DNA of 64,000 nt, taken from positions 32,001 through 96,000 of the IMG/VR virus record IMGVR_UViG_3300025519_000001, one strand, 5' to 3'. The translations under genes and the position numbers were made by a program. Positions 23,004 through 32,640 of the stretch are shown piece by piece. This DNA is from a virus. Each line of letters starts with the position of its first letter. Position 1 is the stretch's first letter. The notes below the pieces were generated by a model that did no database searches, had not been told where the DNA came from, and saw only the letters and a program-made list of their open reading frames with translations.

Positions 23004-23156
23004 ATGGCAACAGGACATTGGGAATGTTTGTATTGTGAAAGTGTTTCAAAGCCTCGCAAAGTTAAAGGCGAATTAGTATGCAGAAATTGTAACGCTCCGT
23101 GGGAAGAAGCAATTTGGGTAGAAGATGTTGAAGATGAAAGTGAAAATGAAGAATAA
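23004..23156 (+). CDS. small Zn-ribbon protein (50 aa)
   Basis: WECLYC...CRNCNAP. Confidence 0.5.
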   Translation: MATGHWECLYCESVSKPRKVKGELVCRNCNAPWEEAIWVEDVEDESENEE

Positions 23157-23308
23157 AGAAAAGTAGAAATAAAAGTAAATTAGAACACTACATATTGATT
23201 GTTTAGTGTTAAATGAATCTATATATTGATACAAAAAGTGCATGAAACTGTGGTTTCATAAGATTGTATGGGGTGGCCTTATGCTACCCCAAAAAGGAGA
23301 GTGATTAA

Positions 23309-24235
23309 TTGGGACTAAATGTTTTAAGTTTGTTTGATGGAATGTCATGCGGACAAATTGCTTTAGAGCGTGCAGGGATCGGAGTTAGTACATATTACGC
23401 AAGTGAAATTGAAAAATCAAGTATAAAAATTACCCAAAAGAATTATCCAAATACAATTCAACTTGGAGATGTGACCAAACTTAATAAAGAAAAACTATTA
23501 TCGTTAGGAAAAATTGACTTACTTATTGGTGGTAGTCCATGTCAAAATTTAACGATAACCACCATTGATCGTCCCGAACACAACCAAGGATTAGATGGAA
23601 AAAAGTCAAGGCTGTTTTGGGAATATGTAAGAATTCTTCAAATTGTTAATCCAACATATTTTCTATTGGAAAACGTTGAAAGCATGTCGAAGGAAGATAG
23701 AGATATTATTACCGAAGAGCTTGGAGTTGAACCAATAATGATTGATAGTGCATTAGTTTCAGCCCAAGAGCGTAAAAGGTATTACTGGACAAATATCAAA
23801 AGAATCCAACAACCCAAAGATAAAGAAATTGTAATTAAGGATATTTTGGAATCAAGTGTTAATGAAAAGTATTACTACAATCAATCATATGATTTCTATG
23901 GTTTAGATAAAAAAGTTGTGGCAAAACTTCATTTAAATACTCACGATCTTCTTAAACGAGTTTACAATATTGAGGGTAAATGTGCTACATTGACAGCTTG
24001 CAGGGGAGGATATAAACAAAAGAAAATCTATCTTCCAGACGAAAAACGTATTCGAAGATTAACGCCACTTGAATATGAACGCCTTCAAACTGTTCCTGAT
24101 GGATATACAGAAGGAGTAGCAGAAGGACATCGTTACAATATGCTTGGTGATGGATGGACTGTTGATGTAATTGTACATATTTTCAATGCATTAAAATGTG
24201 AATTATTAAAAAATAAAAATGAAATGAAAGTATAA
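23309..24235 (+). CDS. C5 cytosine DNA methyltransferase
   Basis: SLFDG, GGSPCQ, LLENV, QERKRYYW, LGDGW. Confidence 0.92.
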   Translation: MGLNVLSLFDGMSCGQIALERAGIGVSTYYASEIEKSSIKITQKNYPNTIQLGDVTKLNKEKLLSLGKIDLLIGGSPCQNLTITTIDRPEHNQGLDGKKSRLFWEYVRILQIVNPTYFLLENVESMSKEDRDIITEELGVEPIMIDSALVSAQERKRYYWTNIKRIQQPKDKEIVIKDILESSVNEKYYYNQSYDFYGLDKKVVAKLHLNTHDLLKRVYNIEGKCATLTACRGGYKQKKIYLPDEKRIRRLTPLEYERLQTVPDGYTEGVAEGHRYNMLGDGWTVDVIVHIFNALKCELLKNKNEMKV

Positions 24236-24260
24236 TTTTATGAGAAAAGAGGAACATTAA

Positions 24261-25449
24261 ATGAAAAAATACGCTGATTGGTATTATGTTCGTGAAGCAG
24301 AAAAAGAAGGTCGAGTAGCATCCATGACTAATGTTGTAGAGCGTAACAGAACGGAATTAAATGATCAACTGAGTTCTTACTTTAGAAGTAAGATACCTAA
24401 TTATAAATCTATTTTCGACGAACATGAATGCGATGATATTCTTTTTAATTTAAATGATTACATAGAAGAAAACAATATTGATAAACGAGAAATTGATTTT
24501 CCTATTACTGAGGGGACTGATATTCACTTATTAAAAATCACTGACAACCTTCATTTAAAGATTCTTGTGGTTGATGAATACTATGGAGGGGGAGATTATG
24601 AAAAATATATTGAGATTGGATATTTTGTGATTAACGAAAATACGACAGAGCGAGATGTTGATAAACTAGTTGATTTTGTGAAGCAATATTTGCAATAAAA
24701 GAGAAGTTTCATGAGGAGGCAAAAGAGAAATAAATGTTGATAATTGAATGTAATGGAGAATATGCTTTCGGAGGCAGAACTGAAGATATATTCGTAGTTG
24801 AAAATCATAATAGTATTGACGATCTACAACAATATATTCAGAACAAACAGCCAATAAAATGCAAAGAACCAACAAAGTATGTAAAGAGGTTTATTATCGA
24901 AAAAGAATCATTAAGGGATAGGTTAGTATATTTAAATAATTATTTGAAAATAAAAAAAGCGGATTTTGTTATTATGACACAAGAAGAGATTGATAGTCTT
25001 TATCGGCGTTCATGTTACAAATGCGCTAGTCATAACGGCTCCCTTTCTGATTTTCTTAGATGCTGTTATATTCCAGATGGTGAAGGGGGATGCGCTCGAC
25101 AATGGGAACATTTTTCATGGTTTAAGAATTTATTTAGAAAGAAAGGCCAATAAGAATAAAGAAATTTGAAGTAAAATTTTTATTAGTTAAGGAAATAAGG
25201 GTATGAAACATATCTTTCATTAGCGATTGGTGATTAATCGTGACTAAAAAAGATAAAGATATTTTGTTGTTTGGTTTGTTTTTGGCTCAACTTAAAGATA
25301 AATATGACATTAGGCCGACTGATTTAATTCAAGATTATAATCAAGAAAAAATTAATGAGATATTTGACAAGGCTCTCTCAAAACTATCAACAAAGGAATC
25401 GTTAATTAAAGCAGTCACAGATTTGTACTATGATTTAAAAATAAAATAG
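24261..25449 (+). CDS. three hypothetical genes (24261-24698, 24734-25153, 25240-25449)
   Basis: ORF track and RBS. Confidence 0.55.
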
Positions 25450-25514
25450 TAAAAGTATTGACTTTTTAAATGTGATTTTGATATTATGTCTATGCAACAG
25501 AAAGGAGTGGTTAC

Positions 25515-27200
25515 TTGCAGAGAAAGTGGAAACAAAAGAAACCTAAATTATCCTACAGTGACAACGCAAGCATTATTGAAAAGTTAGCAGCTATCAATGG
25601 AATTAAAGAAATTGGACGATTTATTAATCCTACTAGGGACGAACTTCATGATCCATATTTACTTAAGAATATCGAAGAAGCAGCTAATCGAATTATCAAG
25701 GCCGTCAAGACTGGCGAAAATATTGCAATACATGCAGACATTGACGCAGATGGCGTTTGTAGTGCAGCAGTTATGTACCGTTTTTTAAAAAAGTTTACGG
25801 ATAATATTACATACTTCCACGCACAGCGTTCGCGTGGTCATGGTATTCATCAGTCAATCAGTGATATTCCATATGGAACAGACTTACTTATAATTCTTGA
25901 TAGTTCATCTAATGAAGAAGAATCATGCAAGAAAATATTTGAACGTGGAATTGATATTGTAATTCTTGACCATCATGAGATCGAAAATAAAAATGAATAT
26001 TGTATTTTAGTAAATCCACAACAAGAAGGATGCCAATATCCAAACAAACAAGCTTCCGGTGTACTTATCACATGGAAAGTATGTCAAGTAATTGAAGATA
26101 CACTTGGAGGAAATTTCACTGATTCTTTAATTGATCTTGTTGGCCTTGGTCTTTATAGCGATCAAATGAGCATGTTAGAGTATGAAAATCGCTATATTCT
26201 AAAACACACAATCGAAAACATCAACAACAAGGGTATTAAAGCAATTTTAAATCTTTTACGCAAAGACATTGGAAAACTTAATGCAAATGATTTTGGATAC
26301 TCAGTAATGCCATTTGTTAATGCAGCTACAAGGCTTGATAAAATTGAATACGTTCTTGATTTGTTGATTAGCGACGATGATTCTTTAATTGAACAACGAG
26401 TTAAAGAAATAAAAAAGTTAAACGAACAAAGAAAACAAAAGCAAAAAGAAACAATTGAAACTATCGTTGAATACATAGACGAGAACGACAAATGTATCGT
26501 GCTAGTGGAACCAGAACTCGGCAAGGGCTTCAACGGCCTTGTTGCTGGAGATATTGCTAATGCATATCAACGACCAACTATCATATTAGGAAATGCACTA
26601 AAAGAAAAAGACGAATATCATGGAAGTTTCCGTTCAGTTGGATTTTTTAAATTCCTTGATTTTGTTCGTGAAATTCCAGAAGTGATTTTTGCGGGAGGCC
26701 ACCAATACGCGGGTGGTTTAGGAATCAAGAAAGTTAATTTAGAAAAATTTAAACAAGAATTAAATGAAAGATTAAAAGATGTTGACTTTGAAAATGTAGT
26801 AAGCTATGAGCTTAATTTACATCATCAAGAAATTGATGAGCCTTTTATTGAATTAATCAATAGTTTTTATAAAGTTACGGGAAAAGGTTTTAGTGAGGGT
26901 AAATTTCTTATCGAAGATATGTATGTATTAACCAAAGATATAATTGGTTCTGGTGATACATTAAAACTAGGTTTATGTCCTGTTTCAAACACATGGTTTG
27001 ATGATATTGAAAACATTAAGCCAACACTAATAGGAATGAAATTTAGAGCAGATCAAGAAACAATAAATAAAATAAAGACGGGAGATGTAATTGATTTAAT
27101 TGGTTCATTAAATATCAATGAATTTGTTAGATGGAGGCCACAAAAAGAAATTATAAAAACATTACAAGTATTCATTGAAGATTTTAGGCATTCAAAATAA
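25515..27200 (+). CDS. recJ: RecJ-like ssDNA exonuclease (DHH)
   Basis: HADIDADG, ILDHH, GSFRS, GGHQYAGG. Confidence 0.9.
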   Translation: MQRKWKQKKPKLSYSDNASIIEKLAAINGIKEIGRFINPTRDELHDPYLLKNIEEAANRIIKAVKTGENIAIHADIDADGVCSAAVMYRFLKKFTDNITYFHAQRSRGHGIHQSISDIPYGTDLLIILDSSSNEEESCKKIFERGIDIVILDHHEIENKNEYCILVNPQQEGCQYPNKQASGVLITWKVCQVIEDTLGGNFTDSLIDLVGLGLYSDQMSMLEYENRYILKHTIENINNKGIKAILNLLRKDIGKLNANDFGYSVMPFVNAATRLDKIEYVLDLLISDDDSLIEQRVKEIKKLNEQRKQKQKETIETIVEYIDENDKCIVLVEPELGKGFNGLVAGDIANAYQRPTIILGNALKEKDEYHGSFRSVGFFKFLDFVREIPEVIFAGGHQYAGGLGIKKVNLEKFKQELNERLKDVDFENVVSYELNLHHQEIDEPFIELINSFYKVTGKGFSEGKFLIEDMYVLTKDIIGSGDTLKLGLCPVSNTWFDDIENIKPTLIGMKFRADQETINKIKTGDVIDLIGSLNINEFVRWRPQKEIIKTLQVFIEDFRHSK

Positions 27201-27772
27201 AACTTTAAAGGGGATAATACATATGCTATTTTACGCAACTGGAACTGACGAAAAAGGTGCTCATTATATTATCTATCATAACGAAATTTTTAAAGATCGT
27301 TTTACTGCTGTTCAACAAGCAGAACGAATTGCAAAGGTAAAAGGTTTAACGCTTGAAGGTGTACGAGTTGTAGGAGAAAGTAAAGTTGAAGGTCGCACAA
27401 TGACCAAATTTTTCAAACATAGAAAACAACACAATGGAATTAATCCAAATGAGTATTTTAGTGTACTTTGAGGTTCATTAAAACTGAATCCGCTAGTCTG
27501 GTCGGCTGGCGGATTCACCATAGGAGGAAAATGTATTGAACGAATTATTTTCGGTTTTAGAATGGACGCAAGAGAATGATTCGGAAGCCAATATTATTGC
27601 TAGGCATTTAACCAAATCTCAGGAAGATATTTTTGTTTCAATTGCACCGGAACATCTGCACAGGGAAGTTATTAGTATGAATGAACTTAACAAATTGCAA
27701 GGTGTTCAACAATAAAAAATCTATCTTTCATAGAGGAGAAATGAAGATGAGCGAGGTAACTGTAACTATTAC

Positions 27773-29088
27773 AAATCCACCACAAGAAAGCCCCTGTCTT
27801 TAGGCATGGGGATGAATTGTGGTAGGATAAGTTGGTAAAAACTTGATTTTCATAACTAAAATATGATATATTTATTATAAGAAAAAAGAACGGAGGTGAC
27901 ATTTGTGCAATCCATCACTGTAAAAATCAGATTTTTTCCTGATAACCCAAAGGTCATTAAAGAAGCATCACAAGAATATATCAATATTGTCAATAAATTA
28001 TCTCAACAAGCAGTAGAAAATAAAACTTTCCCTAAAATCACAACAAAAGATATTTCAACTTTTCTTCCATCTGCTGTTTGCAATCAAGCGATCAGAGACG
28101 CAAAATCTGTATATACCAAGTATAAAAAAACCAAAAAATTATCTGTTCTTAAGAAGCCAGTATATTATATTAATAATCAAAATTATACCATTCTTGATAA
28201 TGCAATTGCCTTTCCTATATCTATTAACGGAAAAACGAAAAAGACATATTTTAAAGCCATTGCAACAGATAGAGATATAGAATTAATCAAAAAATCCAAA
28301 CTTGGTCTTATGCGTATTGTAGAGAAATCAGGTAAATGGTATGCTCAAGTGTCCATTCAAATTCCAGAAGAAAAATTTAGTGGCGAAAATATCATGGGCA
28401 TTGATCTTGGCTTAAAAGTTCCTGCTGTTGCTGTAACATCAACAGGCAAGACAAGATTTTTTGGTAATGGTAGGCAAATGAAATATGTCAGGCGCAAATA
28501 TCAGTCTCGCAGAAGAAAATTGGGTAAACTTAAAAAACTTTCGGCCATCAAAAAATTAGGCGATAAAGAAAGCAGATGGATAAAAGACCAAAATCATAAA
28601 ATCAGTAGACAGATTGTGAATTATGCTATACAAGAAAATGCAAGTATGATAAAACTAGAAAAATTAGAAAATATTCGCAAGACGACAAGAACAAGTCGTA
28701 AAAACGCAAGGAATCTGCACAACTGGTCATTCTATCAACTGCAACAGTTTATCACATATAAGGCTAACTTGGCAGGAATTAAAGTTATAGAAGTTAATCC
28801 TGCATATACAAGTCAAACATGTCCTCGTTGTGGTAAACGAAATAAAGCAGATGATAGACGATATGAATGCTCATGTGGATTCAAGACACATAGAGATCGG
28901 GTTGGTGCAATAAACATCATGAACCAACCTGTGGCAGATGGTAACAGTCTGCCAGCCTAAGAACCTATATGGTCTGTCTTAGGATGGGCTGATGGCACAG
29001 CCCTTAACTTGGAGATTGCACGAAGTAGAAATGCATGAGTGCGCGAATCATCCAAGAATCCCTCGGATTTATCCGTGGGGAGTGTCAA
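27773..29088 (+). mobile_element. non-autonomous IS200/IS605 (tnpB-only) element inserted after TTAC
   Basis: Left-end hairpin CCCCTGTCTTTAGGCATGGGG, right end ...GGGAGTGTCAA; removal restores an ORF in frame. Confidence 0.85.
27896..28960 (+). CDS. tnpB: TnpB RNA-guided endonuclease (likely start GTG 27905)
   Basis: RuvC D (GIDLG), E (IKLEKL), D (HRDRVGAIN), Zn finger CPRCG/CSCG. Confidence 0.92.
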   Translation: MTFVQSITVKIRFFPDNPKVIKEASQEYINIVNKLSQQAVENKTFPKITTKDISTFLPSAVCNQAIRDAKSVYTKYKKTKKLSVLKKPVYYINNQNYTILDNAIAFPISINGKTKKTYFKAIATDRDIELIKKSKLGLMRIVEKSGKWYAQVSIQIPEEKFSGENIMGIDLGLKVPAVAVTSTGKTRFFGNGRQMKYVRRKYQSRRRKLGKLKKLSAIKKLGDKESRWIKDQNHKISRQIVNYAIQENASMIKLEKLENIRKTTRTSRKNARNLHNWSFYQLQQFITYKANLAGIKVIEVNPAYTSQTCPRCGKRNKADDRRYECSCGFKTHRDRVGAINIMNQPVADGNSLPA

Positions 29089-29436
29089 CAAATCTGAGTA
29101 TGAAAGTCTGTTGCGTGACAGCATAAAATTAAGTTGTCTAGAAGCATGTGGTGTTGATAATTGGGAGGGTTGGGATGATGCAATGAAGATGTATCATGAA
29201 GAAATGGAAGGGGAAAATGCTAAAGAAAGAGAACTATCTATAAGTGGGAGAGGGCCAACACAAGAAGCATTTTCTCGGATTGAGTGATAATGTTAGTTAT
29301 TTTGTAGAGCAAACAGACGCGACTTACGGCGTCCCCTATCATTATCGAGTGCTTTTTCGTCCTGAAACCATTGTTCCTGATATTGATTTGCAAACATCTA
29401 TTGAAAAATAAAAATTTCATAGGGAGAGATTTATAA

Positions 29437-29914
29437 ATGAAGATTAAATTTGAAGAAGATATCAAAAAAAAGAAGGTTGAGATTGGAGATCTTATTCTGG
29501 ATAATGGAGATTTATATTTGATTGTTCATGGTCTTAATGAAGAGTATCCATTTGAAATTGTTGAACTTGATAAATGTACTGTTGTAGAAGCATATTCCTC
29601 AGAAGAAGATTTGATAGATTTTTTTGAAAATCCTATAGTGTATAAGCATGATAAAGTCGAATTAGTTATTAAAAATTGCTAATGGAAGAATAATTTTTTG
29701 AAAAAATGATGATGAATAAAGGAATGTTTAAATGATTATTGTTGCTTGGATACTAATGATTGTTTTTGGTTGGTTTGCTTTACTTGGTTGGATTAAATAT
29801 TGGTTTGGATCGGTAAAGCTAAGTCAATTAATTCTTATTATGTTTTGGTCTGTTATTGCTGCATTATGTGCTGGCGTAATCTTTGGTGGATTATTTAGCA
29901 ATTATATTAATTAA
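29437..29914 (+). CDS. two small hypothetical genes (29437-29682; 29732-29914 membrane)
   Basis: ORF track. Confidence 0.5.
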
Positions 29915-30137
29915 TGATGAAGTCGGATTTCATGAGGATGAATAAAATATATCAATACCATATATTTTTAATTTTGTAGTTGATGATCAGAAGGGATACG
30001 CTGAAAAAAGAGATAGTAGAAATTATTTTGTCTATTGGGATAACGAAGATGTCCCTGATATTTACGACACTAAAGATGTTCAAAGACTTCTAAATAATAG
30101 TATATGGATTTTACAAGAGCATTTTTATGAAAAGGGT

Positions 30138-30650
30138 GTGATTAATAACTTGACAAAAAGAAAAAATGGAATGGGTAGTCATGAATCAGCACGTATGAAA
30201 ACTGATGAGTGGTTGACTCCTCCTGAGATTTTAAAGGAATTAGGTGAATTTGATTTAGATCCATGTTCACCAATACATAGACCTTGGGATACGGCAAAAG
30301 TACACTACACTATTGAGGATGACGGTTTGTCAAAGGAATGGTTTGGTAGAGTGTGGCTTAATCCACCATATGGTAATATGGTAGCAAAATGGCTAGATAA
30401 ATTAGCTATACACGGAAATGGTATTGCGCTTATTTTTGCAAGAACAGAGACAAAGATGTTCTTCGATCATGTATGGGATAAAGCAAATGCATTGTTATTT
30501 TTTAGAGGAAGGCTTTTCTTTCATCATGTGACAGGAGAAAAAGCAAATCAAAACGCTGGCGCTCCGTCTGTTCTTATTGCTTATGGTGAAGAAAATATGA
30601 AGACTCTAGAAAGTGTTTCTGATTGGGGTAAGTTAATTAAATTAAAGTGA
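30138..30650 (+). CDS. phage N6-adenine DNA methyltransferase
   Basis: DEWLTP, FDLDPC, WLNPPY, ARTET. Confidence 0.88.
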   Translation: MINNLTKRKNGMGSHESARMKTDEWLTPPEILKELGEFDLDPCSPIHRPWDTAKVHYTIEDDGLSKEWFGRVWLNPPYGNMVAKWLDKLAIHGNGIALIFARTETKMFFDHVWDKANALLFFRGRLFFHHVTGEKANQNAGAPSVLIAYGEENMKTLESVSDWGKLIKLK

Positions 30651-30690
30651 AAGTTTCATTTGATTTGAAAACAAAAAAAAGGAGATACAT

Positions 30691-31116
30691 ATGAAAATCA
30701 ACAAATTTGGAGCATGGCCTAAAACTGAAGAAGAATTAATTTTTTATCTGCATGAACAAGAGAATAAACATCATGATTATAATTCGATTGCCGAAGCTTT
30801 GACAAATGTTACTGTAGCGATGTTTAACTATTTTGCTTGCAAACATGGTATGACAGGTTTTCAATGCAGTTGGTCTGGAATGCAATTTCTAAGACAAACA
30901 CGAGGGATGGAAGGGCCATTTGGGATTGTTGATGGATCTAAAATGCTCTATCCACAATATGATATTGTTGCCGAAGTTAAAAAATGGTTAGAAGAATGGA
31001 AGCCAGAACTAGGTCGAATGGCAAAAGAAAAACTCAAACAAGAACGCAATGAAAGTTTTCTTCCACATCCAGATGTAATTGCTCGTTGGAAGGAACTTGC
31101 TAAATATGTTGAATAA
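30691..31116 (+). CDS. hypothetical protein
   Basis: 141-aa ORF with RBS. Confidence 0.6.
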   Translation: MKINKFGAWPKTEEELIFYLHEQENKHHDYNSIAEALTNVTVAMFNYFACKHGMTGFQCSWSGMQFLRQTRGMEGPFGIVDGSKMLYPQYDIVAEVKKWLEEWKPELGRMAKEKLKQERNESFLPHPDVIARWKELAKYVE

Positions 31117-31503
31117 TTATGATAAAAGAAGAATTATAAAGGAAGTGAAAAAATGAAAACAGTTGATGTAACTTTAGTCGTTAAAGATGGTGGGTACGAA
31201 CAAGTTAGAATTCCTTCTACAATGCTTGGAGACTTGGCTTATGCAATTCAAGAAAAAGGTTCTGAAGTAGTACAGCTTGCAAGCAAAAAATTTAACCTAC
31301 TGCGACCAGAATTCCCCCGCCTCTATAGGCGGCGGGATGAATGGATGCTAAAATATCTTCTCCAAAAATTGACTTTTCACTAACTATAATGATATACTAT
31401 TCTATTTGGATATATGCCAAACAAATTTGTCTTAGGATGTTCCTTGTTAATTTGTGCCATTTCCTTTTTTGGTTCTGCAATTAGAAATGACGAAGGAAAA
31501 TGA

Positions 31504-31902
31504 ATGGGGGAATATGTATTGGTAAAAGATGTAGATAAAGATGTTAAAGATGCAAAAATTATCGATGTAGAATTTGTAGCAAGTCTTTGTCATGAAGTAA
31601 ATCGCGCTTATTGCCAAAGCCTCGGTGATCATTCTCAACCTTCTTGGGACGAAGCACCGGATTGGCAAAAACAAAGTGCAATTAATGGGGTAAAGTTTCA
31701 TTTTGAGAATGAAACAACTCCAGAAGAAAGTCATGTTAATTGGATGAAAGAAAAAATTGCTGACGGATGGGTTTATGGAGAAGTTAAAGATCCCGAAAAG
31801 AAAACTCATCCATGTTTAGTAGAGTACAATCAATTGCCACAGGAGCAACGTAGTAAAGACTATATTTTTAAAGCTATTTGTGATTTTTATAAGTATAGAT
31901 AA
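31504..31902 (+). CDS. RyR-domain protein
   Basis: HVNWMKEKIADGWVYGEVKDPEKKTHPCLVEYNQLP.EQRSKD. Confidence 0.85.
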   Translation: MGEYVLVKDVDKDVKDAKIIDVEFVASLCHEVNRAYCQSLGDHSQPSWDEAPDWQKQSAINGVKFHFENETTPEESHVNWMKEKIADGWVYGEVKDPEKKTHPCLVEYNQLPQEQRSKDYIFKAICDFYKYR

Positions 31903-32271
31903 ATATGAAAATATAATTTTATCATCTGTGAGAGAGGAGAAAGATTATTCTACAATTTCTTTTTTGGTTTGGAGTTTATTTGTTAATCGGATATATTTGG
32001 GGAGTCTCAATAGTAAAATCACAGCGCAAAGCAATGCAAGATAAGCCTTTAACCAAAGAAGATTATGATATGCAATCCGAAATAAGATTCACCATGAATT
32101 TAGTTGGAAAAGAAAAAATGGAAGTTACAACAGTTTACTTAGTAATGTTTCTATGGCCCATTTTCTTATTTGTGTATTTATTCAAAAAATTATAGTTTAA
32201 TGATTTTGGGTGGGTTGGTGGGAATATTGAAAAAAGGAGGATAGAAAATAAAAAAATAAAAATAAAAGGGG

Positions 32272-32640
32272 TTGATAGTAGTCTTAATAGTATATGATTC
32301 AATGACCGGAAACGTAGAACGATTTGTTAAAAAGCTAAATATGGAGTCTTTAAAAATACATAAAGAGTTGCGGATTGCGGAACCATATGTACTTATAACT
32401 TATACTACCCGTATGGGCGAAGTATCTAACAAAACAAGGGATTTTCTTTTTGATAATTACCCATTCCTAAAAGGCGTTGCTTCAAGTGGAAATCGAAATT
32501 GGGGTACAAATTTTGCTAAAGCGGCAGATATAATTTCAGAACAATATAAGGTTCCTATTATTTTAAAATTTGAACTTTCTGGTACAGAACAGGATCTAAA
32601 TACATTTAAAGAGAGGTTGCGAGAGCTTGAAGTACATTGA
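32272..32640 (+). CDS. nrdI: class Ib RNR flavodoxin NrdI
   Basis: YDSMTGNVERF, SSGNRNWG, KFELSG. Confidence 0.93.
   Translation: MIVVLIVYDSMTGNVERFVKKLNMESLKIHKELRIAEPYVLITYTTRMGEVSNKTRDFLFDNYPFLKGVASSGNRNWGTNFAKAADIISEQYKVPIILKFELSGTEQDLNTFKERLRELEVH

Larger units (their letters stand above)
27747..29287 (+). pseudogene. small phage gene MSEVTVTIT|KSEYESLLRDS... split by the IS
   Basis: ATT AC + C AAA TCT junction restores the frame. Confidence 0.75.

Noticed and set aside
27773-27900. IStron (group I intron fused to tnpB)
   Set aside because: Only about 125 bp between left end and tnpB, too short for a ribozyme core
27771-29094. Apparent 7-bp target-site duplication ACAAATC
   Set aside because: Excision through it leaves the host gene out of frame; the TTAC/TCAA junction restores it, and IS200/IS605 elements do not make duplications
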